From positions 86,173 to 150,172 of the forward strand of contig JBIIEL010000001.1 in the NCBI GenBank assembly GCA_044237845.1: a stretch of 64,000 bases of DNA, given 5' to 3'. The notes under the pieces are model-generated. The model saw only the letters and a list, made by a program, of their open reading frames with translations. It did not search any database and was not told where the DNA came from. The translations under genes and the position numbers were made by a program. This DNA is from Rickettsiales bacterium. Lineage in GTDB: Bacteria; Pseudomonadota; Alphaproteobacteria; Rickettsiales; UBA3002. Below, piece after piece: positions 1 through 9,541 of this stretch. Position 1 is the stretch's first letter, and every line of letters begins with the position of its first letter.

Positions 1-1018
1 GATCATAGAGCAGGTTATATTCGGCGTAGCGGCCGCGTTTGACGAGCTGGTGGTGGCGCTGCTCTTGTGTCCAGCTTTCAAACATATGGCGGCGGATGAT
101 TTCCGGATAGATGTGGGCGAAGGCGCGGCCGACGTCTTGGGTGAAGGCGAAGCCTTGCTCCCAGTTGAGCGGTGCCTCGGCGGCGAGTGCCATGCCGCGC
201 GCGGTGGCTTCTGCCGTGACACCGCCTTTGCCGAAGCGGCCGGAGGTGACGGGCGTGCGGTCGCTGCCGAAGGAATTGAGCCCGAGATAATCGTAAAAAA
301 TGCCGCCCACGCCACGCGCGACGCCGCGATGGGGGATGAAGAAATATTCGTCGCACCACTGCTTAAACGCAGTGTAGAAGTCTTTTGGGTGCTCCGCGTT
401 GGTCTGCTGACCAACGCTGCGCGCAGCGTTGCTGGCTGATGGCTCGCTCGCCCGGCTCGCTTCCGTGCTTGTTCCGCGCGCCACTTTATCTAATGCATCA
501 CACGCCTCTTTGAAGGCGCTGTGGAAATCGGCGGTGTCGGCGTCGTTCTCGAACATCGGATTCAAATCGCCGCCGCCGCCGAACCAGAGGCGGGTGCCGT
601 CGCCCACGGTAATCATGCGCGTGTTGAAATGCGCGGCGGGCACCAGCGGCGAGGCCATGTGCGCAACGAGCGAAATGCCGGATGCCCAGAAGCGTGGGTC
701 GGCCTCCGCACCGGGGATTTCTTTGCGGAACTGCTCTGAAAATTCGCCATGGACGGTGGAGATGTTCACGCCGACTTTCTCGAACACGCGGCCTTTCATC
801 ATACCCATTTCGCCGCTGCCGCCCTCGGGGCGTTGCCAGGGTGTTTTTACGAATTTTCCGGCGGGCTTGCCACGGCTACACAGCTCTGAATCCTCGCTGA
901 GATTGGCGGCGGCATAGTCGGTTTCAATCGCTTCAAACGCGGCGCAGATCTGGTCGCGCAGGTCGCGGAACCAGTCGGCGGCAGTGGTTTTTTTCGTGTC
1001 TAAGCTCTCGGTGGTCAC
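1..1018 (-). CDS. hemF: oxygen-dependent coproporphyrinogen III oxidase, partial (C-terminus beyond left window edge)
   Basis: My own reverse-strand translation is open to the window edge, which is why it is absent from the ORF track. It reads VTTESLDTKK..WQRPEGGSGEMGMMKGRVFEKVGVNIS..LWFGGGGDLNPMF..WCDEYFFIPHRGVARGVGGIFYDY..KRGRYAEYNLLYD, the HemF signature blocks. Start is GTG at 1018 with aaagga 8 nt upstream. An alternative ATG at 1054 overlaps the trmL stop (TAATG). Confidence 0.85.
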   Translation of the reverse strand, partial: MTTESLDTKKTTAADWFRDLRDQICAAFEAIETDYAAANLSEDSELCSRGKPAGKFVKTPWQRPEGGSGEMGMMKGRVFEKVGVNISTVHGEFSEQFRKEIPGAEADPRFWASGISLVAHMASPLVPAAHFNTRMITVGDGTRLWFGGGGDLNPMFENDADTADFHSAFKEACDALDKVARGTSTEASRASEPSASNAARSVGQQTNAEHPKDFYTAFKQWCDEYFFIPHRGVARGVGGIFYDYLGLNSFGSDRTPVTSGRFGKGGVTAEATARGMALAAEAPLNWEQGFAFTQDVGRAFAHIYPEIIRRHMFESWTQEQRHHQLVKRGRYAEYNLLYD

Positions 1019-1053
1019 GGCGTATCCTTTCGTTCGTAGGCAATGTAACCGCA

Positions 1054-1530
1054 TTATGATGCATCTGGCCATCTCCATTGTTGTTGCCGGCAGGCTTCGG
1101 CGACGAGCATCCCCGCCGACATGGCCATATTGAGCGAGCGCATGCCTGCACGCATGGGGATGGTAAGGGTGGCGTCCATCTGTGCATAAAGTGCGCGGGG
1201 TGTGCCCGCCCCCTCGCTGCCGAGGATGATATAGTCGGTGGGGACAAATTGCGTGCTCGTGTAAGGGGCTTTGCCATCTGTCTCAAGCAGCAATAAGCGT
1301 CCAGGCGCTGCCTGCTCGCGACGATATTGCAAAAACACCTCCCAGTTGAGATGGCGGTGGTAGCGCGCTTTATCGATATAATCCATGCCTGCACGGCGCA
1401 GGCGCGCATGGTCAATCGGAAAGCCGCACGGCTCGATGATATGCACTACGCAGCCCATACAGGCCGAAAGGCGCAGGCACGCGCCGAGGTTCTGCGGGAT
1501 ATCGGGCTGGTAGAGAACGAGGTTTATCAT
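1054..1530 (-). CDS. trmL: tRNA (cytidine/uridine-2'-O)-methyltransferase, SpoU/TrmL family
   Basis: ORF 1054..1566. I trimmed the start to ATG 1530 (MINLVLYQPDIPQNLGACLR). SpoU-type C-terminal knot motif LGSEGAGTP..IPMRAGMRSLNMAMSAGMLVAEACRQ. Confidence 0.8.
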   Translation of the reverse strand: MINLVLYQPDIPQNLGACLRLSACMGCVVHIIEPCGFPIDHARLRRAGMDYIDKARYHRHLNWEVFLQYRREQAAPGRLLLLETDGKAPYTSTQFVPTDYIILGSEGAGTPRALYAQMDATLTIPMRAGMRSLNMAMSAGMLVAEACRQQQWRWPDAS

Positions 1531-1558
1531 GTGAATGGTGAATGTTGAGTGGTGGGCG
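1531..1558. repeat. tandem heptanucleotide run GTGAATG GTGAATG TTGAGTG GTGGGCG
   Basis: Read directly. The run starts at the nucleotide next to the trmL start codon. It is the inverted partner of the run at 1601..1628. Confidence 0.85.
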
Positions 1559-1600
1559 GTAAGCAAGCTGTAACAGAAACAACGCGCTGTGCCAGTATCT

Positions 1601-1628
1601 ACTCACGACTCACCACTCACCACTCACC
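1601..1628. repeat. tandem heptanucleotide run ACTCACG ACTCACC ACTCACC ACTCACC
   Basis: Read directly. Its reverse complement (GGTGAGT)n can pair with 1531..1558 across a 42-nt spacer. It lies 68 nt upstream of petA. Confidence 0.85.
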
Positions 1629-1695
1629 CGTCTTGACACATCCCACTACCGCGAGTAGCAAAACGACAGCGAACATTTTTAAAGTAGAGGGTTCT

Positions 1696-2286
1696 ATGGG
1701 TTCCAATCACGCCTCGGGTGGACACCAACATCATGCCGGATGCAGTCATGGCGCTGCTGCTGCGCCCGCCACTCCGGCGGATCCCTCGCGCCGCGACTTC
1801 CTGACGCTGACCGCGCAGGCCATGGGTGCGGTGGGCGCAGGCGCGCTGCTCTGGCCGCTGGTCGACAGCATGAACCCCAGCGCGGACGTGTTGGCGCTGG
1901 CGAGCACGGAAGTCGACCTCACTCCAATTGCTGAGGGGCAGGAAATTAAAGTGATGTGGCGTGGCAAGCCGGTCTTCATCCGCAACCGCAGCCAGAAAAA
2001 TATCGACGAGGCGAACGCGGTGGATATCGCCACGCTGCGCGACCCGGAGACGGATGCTGCCCGCGTGAAAAAAGGCCATGAGCGCTGGCTGGTGATGGTG
2101 GGCGTGTGTACCCATCTGGGTTGCGTGCCGCTGGGCAATGGCGCCGGTGAGAATGACGGCTGGTTCTGCCCCTGCCACGGCTCGCATTATGATTCTGCCG
2201 GCCGCATCCGCAAAGGCCCGGCACCGAAAAACCTGGTTATCCCGCCCTACGAATTTGTGAGCGAGAGCAAGATTAAGATTGGATAA
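1696..2286 (+). CDS. petA: ubiquinol-cytochrome c reductase Rieske iron-sulfur subunit
   Basis: ORF 1549..2286 trimmed to ATG 1696, which has gtagaggg upstream. Tat-like RRDFLT. Rieske boxes CTHLGCVP and CPCHGSHYD. Confidence 0.9.
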   Translation: MGSNHASGGHQHHAGCSHGAAAAPATPADPSRRDFLTLTAQAMGAVGAGALLWPLVDSMNPSADVLALASTEVDLTPIAEGQEIKVMWRGKPVFIRNRSQKNIDEANAVDIATLRDPETDAARVKKGHERWLVMVGVCTHLGCVPLGNGAGENDGWFCPCHGSHYDSAGRIRKGPAPKNLVIPPYEFVSESKIKIG

Positions 2287-2378
2287 GTCGTGACGGGTGA
2301 TAGGTGGCATGTGACAGGTAAAAAACGTTGCACATACCACAGGCCACCCGCCACATGGCACTAAAAACGGAGTTTTGA

Positions 2379-3818
2379 ATGGCACATGCACCCACTGAAG
2401 AAAAACCCGGCGTTGTTGGTTGGATCGAATATCGCCTGCCGATTTTTTCGGCGCTGAATAATGCGTTGGTGTCGTATCCCACGCCGCGGAATTTGAACTA
2501 TTGGTGGAATTTCGGCTCGATTGCTGGGCTGTGCCTGGTTGCGCAAATCCTCACCGGCCTGTTCCTCGCCATGCATTACGCGGCCAACACCGCCGTGGCG
2601 TTTGATTCGGTAGAACATATCATGCGCGACGTGAATTACGGCTGGCTCATCCGCTACATGCATGCGGTCGGCGCCTCCATGTTCTTCATCGCGGTCTATG
2701 TGCATCTCGCGCGCGGGCTGTATTACGGCTCCTATAAGCGTCCGCGTGAACTGCTGTGGTTCATCGGCGTGATCATTCTGCTCGTCATGATGGCCACCGC
2801 GTTCATGGGCTATGTGCTGCCATGGGGGCAAATGAGCTTCTGGGGCGCCACGGTGATTACCAACCTGTTCTCAGCCTTTCCGATTGTGGGTGAACCGATT
2901 GTAAGCTGGCTGTGGGGTGGTTTCTCGGTCGATAACCCGACGCTGAACCGCTTCTTTGCGCTGCATTTCCTGCTGCCATTCGTGCTGGTCGGCATCGTGA
3001 TGCTGCATCTCGTGGCGCTGCACCAGCATGGCTCCAGCAACCCGACCGGCATCGACGCCAAGGGCCCGCAGGATAAAATTCCGTTCCACCCGTATTACAC
3101 CAGCAAGGACTTCCTCGGTTTCGGCGTGTTCTTCCTCGTGTTCGCGGCATTTGTATTCTTCGCGCCGAACTATCTCGGCCACCCGGATAACTATCTGCCC
3201 GCCGATCCGCTGGTGACCCCCGCGCATATCGTGCCGGAATGGTACTTCCTGCCGTTCTACGCCATCCTGCGCGCGATTACGTTTGATATCCCGCTCTGGC
3301 TGGTCGGCTTTGCGGTGATCGGCCTCGGCCTGATGCTGCGCTATGTGGATGTGGCACGTGCCATGCTGCCGAAACTCATCGGTTCATTCCTGCCGAAAAA
3401 TGCCTGCAAACCTTCCTGCCTGTGGCTCGCGCTGACGGTCGGTGTGGTGCTGATCCTCGGCGGGTTGATGGGCGGCATGATTCCGAGCAAACTCGGCGGC
3501 GTACTCGCCATGTTCGGTGCGATTGGCGTGCTGTTCGCGCTGCCATGGCTCGATAGCTCGCCTGTGCGCAGCTCGGATTACCGCCCGATGTATAAATGGT
3601 TCTTCTGGCTGTTCGTGGTGAATGCCGTGGTACTTGGCTATTGCGGTAGCCAGCCTCCGGAAGGGATTTTCCCGATTCTCTCGCTGCTCTGCACCGGCTA
3701 TTATTTTGCGCATTTCCTGCTCGTGATGCCGCTGGTGGCGCGCCTCGAGAAGCCACTGCCACTGCCGACATCGATCACCGCGGCGGTGACGGCTAAGAAC
3801 GCTAACGCACATCACTAG
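2379..3818 (+). CDS. petB: cytochrome b
   Basis: 479-aa ORF with WNFGS, the heme-ligand His context and [13 protein letters not shown]. It follows petA directly. It contains an extra hydrophobic segment of about 68 aa (see findings). Confidence 0.95.
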   Translation: MAHAPTEEKPGVVGWIEYRLPIFSALNNALVSYPTPRNLNYWWNFGSIAGLCLVAQILTGLFLAMHYAANTAVAFDSVEHIMRDVNYGWLIRYMHAVGASMFFIAVYVHLARGLYYGSYKRPRELLWFIGVIILLVMMATAFMGYVLPWGQMSFWGATVITNLFSAFPIVGEPIVSWLWGGFSVDNPTLNRFFALHFLLPFVLVGIVMLHLVALHQHGSSNPTGIDAKGPQDKIPFHPYYTSKDFLGFGVFFLVFAAFVFFAPNYLGHPDNYLPADPLVTPAHIVPEWYFLPFYAILRAITFDIPLWLVGFAVIGLGLMLRYVDVARAMLPKLIGSFLPKNACKPSCLWLALTVGVVLILGGLMGGMIPSKLGGVLAMFGAIGVLFALPWLDSSPVRSSDYRPMYKWFFWLFVVNAVVLGYCGSQPPEGIFPILSLLCTGYYFAHFLLVMPLVARLEKPLPLPTSITAAVTAKNANAHH

Positions 3819-3828
3819 GAGTCGCCCC

Positions 3829-4599
3829 ATGAAACTATTTTCTCGTATTTCCATGGTGGCGCTGATGCTGGTTGCAGGTGCCGCCGCCGCTGCGGGCGAC
3901 GCTCATGCGCCCAAGCTGAAACAGATGGACTGGCCGTTTGACGGCGTGTTTGGCAAAATGGATAAGCCCTCCGTGCAGCGCGGCTTGCAGGTCTATAAAG
4001 AAGTCTGTGCCTCGTGCCACAGCCTGAAGCGCGTGGCCTTCCGGTCGCTGCAAGATATTGGCTTGAGCGAGGCGGAAGTGGCGTCCTTCGCCGCGGGCTA
4101 CACGGTGCAGGACGGCCCGAACGATGCGGGCGAAATGTTCGATCGCCCCGGTCGTCCGTCGGATAAATTCCCGCGTCCCCATGCGAATGACAACGCGGCG
4201 CGTGCCGCCAATAATGGTGGGTTGCCGCCGGATCTCAGCCTCATCGTGAAGGCGCGCCCAGACGGGGCGAATTACCTCTATTCGCTGCTCACCGGCTATG
4301 GCCATACACCCCCAGAAGGCATGAGCGTGCCAGAGGGAACGCATTACAACCCGTATATGGCGGGCGGCATTATTAAAATGGCGCAACCGCTGAAGGACGA
4401 TACCGTTACCTATCAGGACGCCAACACCAAGGCGACTCTTGACCAACAGGCGAAGGACGTGGTGAACTTCCTGCAATGGGCCGCAGAACCGGAGATGGAA
4501 GCGCGCAAACGCATGGGCATCAAGGTCATGCTGTTCCTTGGCATCATGACGGGGTTCTTCTATGTGCTCAAAAAGCGCATCTGGAGCGACCTGCACTAG
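3829..4599 (+). CDS. petC: cytochrome c1
   Basis: Signal peptide, CASCHS heme-binding motif, C-terminal TM anchor. Third gene of the bc1 operon. Confidence 0.9.
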   Translation: MKLFSRISMVALMLVAGAAAAAGDAHAPKLKQMDWPFDGVFGKMDKPSVQRGLQVYKEVCASCHSLKRVAFRSLQDIGLSEAEVASFAAGYTVQDGPNDAGEMFDRPGRPSDKFPRPHANDNAARAANNGGLPPDLSLIVKARPDGANYLYSLLTGYGHTPPEGMSVPEGTHYNPYMAGGIIKMAQPLKDDTVTYQDANTKATLDQQAKDVVNFLQWAAEPEMEARKRMGIKVMLFLGIMTGFFYVLKKRIWSDLH

Positions 4600-4616
4600 T
4601 AGAGCCTGCGCATAGC

Positions 4617-4707
4617 GGACCATCTGCGTCGTCGGAACCTGTTTCGCAATGCTCACGTAGCGCTGCTACGCGGCGCTTGCAAAACAGAACCCTCCTAGCA
4701 TCTGGCC
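4617..4707. repeat. REP/MITE-like imperfect palindromic element, about 90 bp, copy 1
   Basis: Central hairpin CGTAGC-GCT-GCTACG at 4656..4670. It shares ATCTRCGTCGTC...ACGTAGCGCTGCTACGCG...CTCCTAGYATCT with the element at 14981..15081. It lies directly after the petC stop. Confidence 0.7.
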
Positions 4708-4758
4708 CACTCTTCGCACGCTTGGCAGGCGTGAAGAGAAAAAGAGAGAAGGTCGCTT

Positions 4759-5547
4759 ATGGAATTTCTATCTGCCGCATTTCTGGGAATCGTTGAGGGG
4801 TTGACGGAGTTTATTCCGGTTTCCTCGACCGGACATCTCATTCTGTTTGTGGACCTGCTCGGCTTTCAAGGCCCGCCCGGCCATGTGTTCGAGGTGGTGA
4901 TCCAGTTCGGGGCGATTCTTGCGATTTTAGTGTTATACTGGAAGAAGTTCTGGAATGTGCTGGTGACGCTACGGACGCAGCCTTCGCAGCGCTTTGTGGG
5001 GAATATTCTGCTCGCATTTCTGCCCGCGATGGTGATCGGTTTCTTCGTGCATGATTTTATCAAGGCGGCGCTGTTTAACCCCACGGTGGTGGCGTGGGCG
5101 CTGATTGCGGGCGGCATCGCGATTCTTGCGATCGAAAAATATAAACCCACGCCGACGGTGACGAGCACGGAAGAGATGCCCACGATGACTGCGCTCAAAA
5201 TCGGCTTTATTCAGTGCCTCTCGATGATTCCGGGCATGTCGCGCTCCGGCGCTACCATCATGGGCGCGCTGCTGCTCGGCGTGGAGCGCAAGGCGGCGGC
5301 GGAGTTTTCGTTCTTCCTCGCCGTGCCGACCATGTTCGCCGCCGGGGTCTATGACCTCTATAAAAGCGGCGCCCATATCGACGCCGCCGGGGCACAGCTG
5401 ATTGCGGTGGGGTTCATCGTGTCGTTCCTTGTCGCGCTGCTGGTGGTGCGCTGGCTGGTCGGCTTCGTGCAACGCAAGGGTTTCGGCCTGTTCGCGTGGT
5501 ATCGCATTGTTCTGGGTGGTATTATTCTCGGATTGCTCTATATCTAG
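4759..5547 (+). CDS. uppP: undecaprenyl-diphosphate phosphatase
   Basis: 262 aa. EGLTEFIPVSSTGHL and PGMSRSGATI motifs of BacA/UppP. Confidence 0.9.
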   Translation: MEFLSAAFLGIVEGLTEFIPVSSTGHLILFVDLLGFQGPPGHVFEVVIQFGAILAILVLYWKKFWNVLVTLRTQPSQRFVGNILLAFLPAMVIGFFVHDFIKAALFNPTVVAWALIAGGIAILAIEKYKPTPTVTSTEEMPTMTALKIGFIQCLSMIPGMSRSGATIMGALLLGVERKAAAEFSFFLAVPTMFAAGVYDLYKSGAHIDAAGAQLIAVGFIVSFLVALLVVRWLVGFVQRKGFGLFAWYRIVLGGIILGLLYI

Positions 5548-5565
5548 CGCAACAGGAGAAGTTTT

Positions 5566-6495
5566 ATGAAACCGATTGCCCGAATTTTTGCCATCCTCAC
5601 CCTTGCAGCGCTGCCGGCCTATGCGATGGATCAGGCGGCGGAACATACCGAGCATCTGCATCACAGTGCGCCGCCGATGGAAGGCAGCGCCAAGCGCAAC
5701 TACCATCAGCCGCTAGAGCTGGTGGAGGAGGTTGAGCCGCCGTCGGAAGATCATCCGGAGCCGGTGGAGCGCCTGCGCAACCGCTCGGTGAAGCTGGAGG
5801 CCGAAGTGCTGTCGACTGCGTTGCTTTCCGCCCGCAAGCCGACCGAAATCCGCTTCCGCCTGACCAATAACGGCAAGCCACTCACCGAAGAAGGGCTTGA
5901 AACTGTGCATACGAAGAAACTGCATGCGCTGATTGTCGACCCGACATTGACGGATTACCAGCATCTGCACCCCGAGGCGACGGATACGCCCGGCGAATAC
6001 CGCGTGATGCTGACGCCGAAAACCGACCGCAGCTACGCCATGTGGCTCGATCTCAAACCGCAATACGCACCACAGTCATATCTTAAGCTTGCGCTGCCGG
6101 GCATCAGCCAGGGCAAGGCGAAGGTTGACAAAAGCGCGCTGCGCGAAGCAACGGTGGGCGGCTATACCTTCACCCTAACCTTTGACGACGAAATCGTGAA
6201 AGAAAACGTGCCTGCGATGGGGCACCTCACGGTGACGGATAATGACGGTTCGCCCGTCGATCGCCTGCAGCCGGTGATGGGCGCGTTCGCGCATATCGTG
6301 GGCTTTTATGGCGACCGCAGCGGCGTCGCCCATATGCACCCGATGGGCGCCGAGCCGAGTGACGATGACGCGCGCGGCGGCCCCACGCTCGACTTCCATT
6401 TCGCCCCCAAGCGCAAAGGGTTTGTGAAGCTCTTCGCGCAGGTGAACATCGACGGCGAGGAGTTGTTCGTGCCGTTTGGGGTTGAGGTGAAGTAG
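5566..6495 (+). CDS. secreted hypothetical protein with two tandem His-rich domains (possible metal binding)
   Basis: Signal peptide MKPIARIFAILTLAALPAYA. There are two internally similar halves ending in HALIV..DYQHLHP and AHIVGF..GVAHMHPMG. Starts 18 nt after uppP. I do not recognise a family. Confidence 0.6.
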   Translation: MKPIARIFAILTLAALPAYAMDQAAEHTEHLHHSAPPMEGSAKRNYHQPLELVEEVEPPSEDHPEPVERLRNRSVKLEAEVLSTALLSARKPTEIRFRLTNNGKPLTEEGLETVHTKKLHALIVDPTLTDYQHLHPEATDTPGEYRVMLTPKTDRSYAMWLDLKPQYAPQSYLKLALPGISQGKAKVDKSALREATVGGYTFTLTFDDEIVKENVPAMGHLTVTDNDGSPVDRLQPVMGAFAHIVGFYGDRSGVAHMHPMGAEPSDDDARGGPTLDFHFAPKRKGFVKLFAQVNIDGEELFVPFGVEVK

Positions 6496-6522
6496 GCGTT
6501 TTCTCCCCTCACCCGGTGAGTA

Positions 6523-8070
6523 TTACCGCCGCTTCAGCAGTGCTTTCAGCGCCGCGAATTCATAGGCCTTGAGGGCCAGCACCGCCAGCCCATAGACCGC
6601 GATGCCGATGGTGATGACAGCAGTGAGCGCAAAGGCTTTGCTGAAAATATTTTCCTCGTAATAGCCCGCGAACAGCGGCTGGGCGACGAGCAGCGCTGCC
6701 ATCATGATACCAGTGGCGCCGAGCATTTTGATGAGGCGCGATTTCAGCGCGGCATCTGGCGTGAACAGGCTGCGCCTGTGCAGAATATACGCCATCAGCG
6801 CGAGGTTCACCCAGCCTGCAATAGAAGTGGCCAGCGCCATGCCGACATACTGCATATCCGCCACGAACACGAGCGCGAGGTTGAAAAATAAGTTCACCGC
6901 CACGCAGGTGACGGCGATTTTAAACGGCGTTTTGGTGTCGTGGTTGGCGAAAAACCCCGGCGCGAACACCTTCACCGCGAGGAATGCGGGCAGCCCCACG
7001 GCAAAGGCCATCAGCGTCGCTTTGGTGGCGAGCATGTTGGCATGCGTGAAGGCGCCATGCTGATAGAGCACGCGGATGATCGGCTCGGCAATCACCATCA
7101 GCGCCCCGGTGCAGGGGATGCCGATGAGCAGCACGATCTCAAGCGCGCGGTTGAGGCTATCCTTTGCCGCTTCCGCATTGCCGCTTTTGATTTGCTTACT
7201 CAGCATCGGCAGCAGCACGGTGCCCACGGCCACGCCAATCATGCCGATCGGCAGCTCGGTAATGCGATCCGCATAATAGAGATACGACACTGCATCCGGG
7301 ATATGACTCGCGATAATGACATCGATGAGCAGGTTGAGTTGCTGCACACCGGAGCCGAGCGCGGCAGGCGCCATCAGCAGTAACATGGTTTTGACGCTCT
7401 TTGTCAGGCGGGGAGCAACAAACGGCGGCAGCATGTCGTTGCGGGTGCAGATCATCACCAGCCAACCGAGCTGCACCATCCCTGCGATGAACACGCCATA
7501 GCTGAGTGCGTGGGCGGGGGTTTCGCTCCACTCGTTCAGGAACAGCATCGCCCCGATCATGCAGAGATTAAGCAGAATCGGGTTCGCGGCGGGCCCGGCG
7601 AATTTGCCCATGGAGTTGAGCACACCACCAAGCAGCGACACCAGCGAGATGAATAAAATATACGGGAAGGTGATTTGGCTCAGCACCACGGTGAGGTCGA
7701 ATTTCTCCGGCGTATCGGCGAATCCCGGCGCGAAGAACGGCGTGATCCACGGCATAAAGACAATGAACAGCGCGTTGAGCACCAGCAGCACCACGAGCAG
7801 CACGGCCATCACCTCGCCCGCGAAGCGTAGGGCGTCTTCGCGGCCACGCTCGGTGAGGATGCTTGAGAAACTGGGGATGAAGGCGGCGTTGAACGCGCCC
7901 TCGGCAAAGAGCCTGCGGAAGAAATTCGGCAGCTTGAAGGCGACAAAAAACGCGTCGGACAGCCAGCTCGCGCCAATGAGGTTGGCCATGAGAATGTCGC
8001 GCACAAAGCCCGTGATGCGCGAGAGTAGGGTGAAAAAGCCAATCGTGGCGGTAGATTTGACGAGTGACAT
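6523..8070 (-). CDS. murJ: lipid II flippase MurJ
   Basis: 515 aa. N-terminus TLLSRITGFVRDILMANLIGASWLSDAFFVAFKLPNFFRRLFAEGAFNAAFIP is typical MurJ/MviN. Polytopic membrane protein. Confidence 0.9.
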   Translation of the reverse strand: MSLVKSTATIGFFTLLSRITGFVRDILMANLIGASWLSDAFFVAFKLPNFFRRLFAEGAFNAAFIPSFSSILTERGREDALRFAGEVMAVLLVVLLVLNALFIVFMPWITPFFAPGFADTPEKFDLTVVLSQITFPYILFISLVSLLGGVLNSMGKFAGPAANPILLNLCMIGAMLFLNEWSETPAHALSYGVFIAGMVQLGWLVMICTRNDMLPPFVAPRLTKSVKTMLLLMAPAALGSGVQQLNLLIDVIIASHIPDAVSYLYYADRITELPIGMIGVAVGTVLLPMLSKQIKSGNAEAAKDSLNRALEIVLLIGIPCTGALMVIAEPIIRVLYQHGAFTHANMLATKATLMAFAVGLPAFLAVKVFAPGFFANHDTKTPFKIAVTCVAVNLFFNLALVFVADMQYVGMALATSIAGWVNLALMAYILHRRSLFTPDAALKSRLIKMLGATGIMMAALLVAQPLFAGYYEENIFSKAFALTAVITIGIAVYGLAVLALKAYEFAALKALLKRR

Positions 8071-8130
8071 CGGGCGACAACCTTGTAAAATACGCGCTCA
8101 CCATGCCATCTGTGAAAGCCTAACGCAACC

Positions 8131-9051
8131 ATGCAACTCATCCGCCATTTGCCAACCGAGCACGACGCCGCGACTGCGGTGGCGATTGGCAATTTCGATG
8201 GGCTTCATCTAGGCCATCGAGCGGTGATGGACGCCATGCTGCGCGCCGCTGAGGCAAAAGATTTGATTCCCTCCGTACTCACCTTCGAGCCGCACCCGCG
8301 CCGGTTTTTTGGCCGCGCCGAACACGCCTTCCGCCTCGAACGGCTTGGCACCAAACTGCAACGGCTGCGCGAGGCAGGCGTGGCGCGGGTCTTCATGCCG
8401 CGCTTTAACGCCGCCTTCGCCGGGCTCAGTCCGGAGGCGTTTTTAAATGATATTCTTTTGAAACAGATCGGCGCGCGGGTGGTGGTGACGGGGGAGAATT
8501 TCGCCTTCGGTGCCAAACGCGCGGGCGACAGTGCGATGCTGCGCGCGTGGGGAAAAGAAAACAACGTCGAGGTCATCACCGCGCCGCCGGTGATGGTGGC
8601 GGGGGAAATCTGTTCCTCCAGTGCAATTCGTGCGGCGCTCGCCGAGGGCGACATGGCGCGCGCGGCACAATTTTTGGGGCGGGAATACACGCTTTCCGGC
8701 ACGGTGGTGCATGGCGATGGGCGCGGCAAAACCATCGGTTTTGCAACGGCGAATGTGGCGTTGCCGTCGCATCTCAAGCACCCGGCGCAGGGAGTTTATG
8801 CCGTGCGGGCGACGGTGCGCGGGCGGTGTTATGACGGCGTCGCGAATTTTGGCGTGAAGCCGACCCTGCACGCCAACGCCGCGCCGACGTTCGAGGTACA
8901 TCTGTTTAACGTGGCGGCGGATTTTTACGGCGCGCATATGGATGTTGCCCTCATCGCCCGCATCCGCGCCGAGAAAAAATTCGATTCGCTCCCTGCCCTC
9001 ATCGCCCAGATCGGTGAGGATTGTGCGGCGGCGAAACGGGTGCTAGGGTGA
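8131..9051 (+). CDS. ribF: bifunctional riboflavin kinase / FMN adenylyltransferase
   Basis: 306 aa. GNFDGLHLGH nucleotidyltransferase motif and GKTIGFATANV kinase region. Confidence 0.9.
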   Translation: MQLIRHLPTEHDAATAVAIGNFDGLHLGHRAVMDAMLRAAEAKDLIPSVLTFEPHPRRFFGRAEHAFRLERLGTKLQRLREAGVARVFMPRFNAAFAGLSPEAFLNDILLKQIGARVVVTGENFAFGAKRAGDSAMLRAWGKENNVEVITAPPVMVAGEICSSSAIRAALAEGDMARAAQFLGREYTLSGTVVHGDGRGKTIGFATANVALPSHLKHPAQGVYAVRATVRGRCYDGVANFGVKPTLHANAAPTFEVHLFNVAADFYGAHMDVALIARIRAEKKFDSLPALIAQIGEDCAAAKRVLG

Positions 9052-9055
9052 GCGC

Positions 9056-9541
9056 ATGAACAAAACCCCCACCCGCCAACTGACGCTGATTGTGTTGCTG
9101 ACCTTCGCGCTCGACCAGCTTTCTAAGCACTGGCTGCTTTATGATGTTGGGATGATTGCGCGGCCGCCGATCGTGGTGACGGATTTTTTCAGCCTCGTGA
9201 TGGTGTGGAACAAGGGAGTTAGCTTCGGCATGTTCTCGCGCACGGGGCATGATTTCATGCCCATGGCGTTGACGGTAATGGCTCTGGTGATCTCAGGCAT
9301 TCTGGCGCGCCTCGCGCTCACGACCGAAAAGCGCATCGAGCGTATTTCCTATGCGATGGTGATTGGCGGGGCGCTCGGCAACGCGCTCGACCGTATCCGC
9401 TTCGGCGCGGTGGCGGATTTCTTTTATTTCCATATCGGCGAGCTCGGCTGGCCGGCCTTCAACGTGGCGGATAGCGCCATTTGCATCGGTGTATCTCTGC
9501 TGTTGCTTACGATGTTCAGAAATTCTAAGGTAGTGGCATGA
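9056..9541 (+). CDS. lspA: lipoprotein signal peptidase II
   Basis: 161 aa with 4 TM segments. WNKGVSFG and FNVADSAICIG motifs. Confidence 0.9.
   Translation: MNKTPTRQLTLIVLLTFALDQLSKHWLLYDVGMIARPPIVVTDFFSLVMVWNKGVSFGMFSRTGHDFMPMALTVMALVISGILARLALTTEKRIERISYAMVIGGALGNALDRIRFGAVADFFYFHIGELGWPAFNVADSAICIGVSLLLLTMFRNSKVVA

Noticed and set aside
6496-6522. Short palindrome CTCACCCGGTGAG between the convergent 5566..6495 gene and murJ, as a terminator.
   Set aside because: The stem is 5 bp at most with a 3-nt loop, and there is no T-tract. That is too weak to call.
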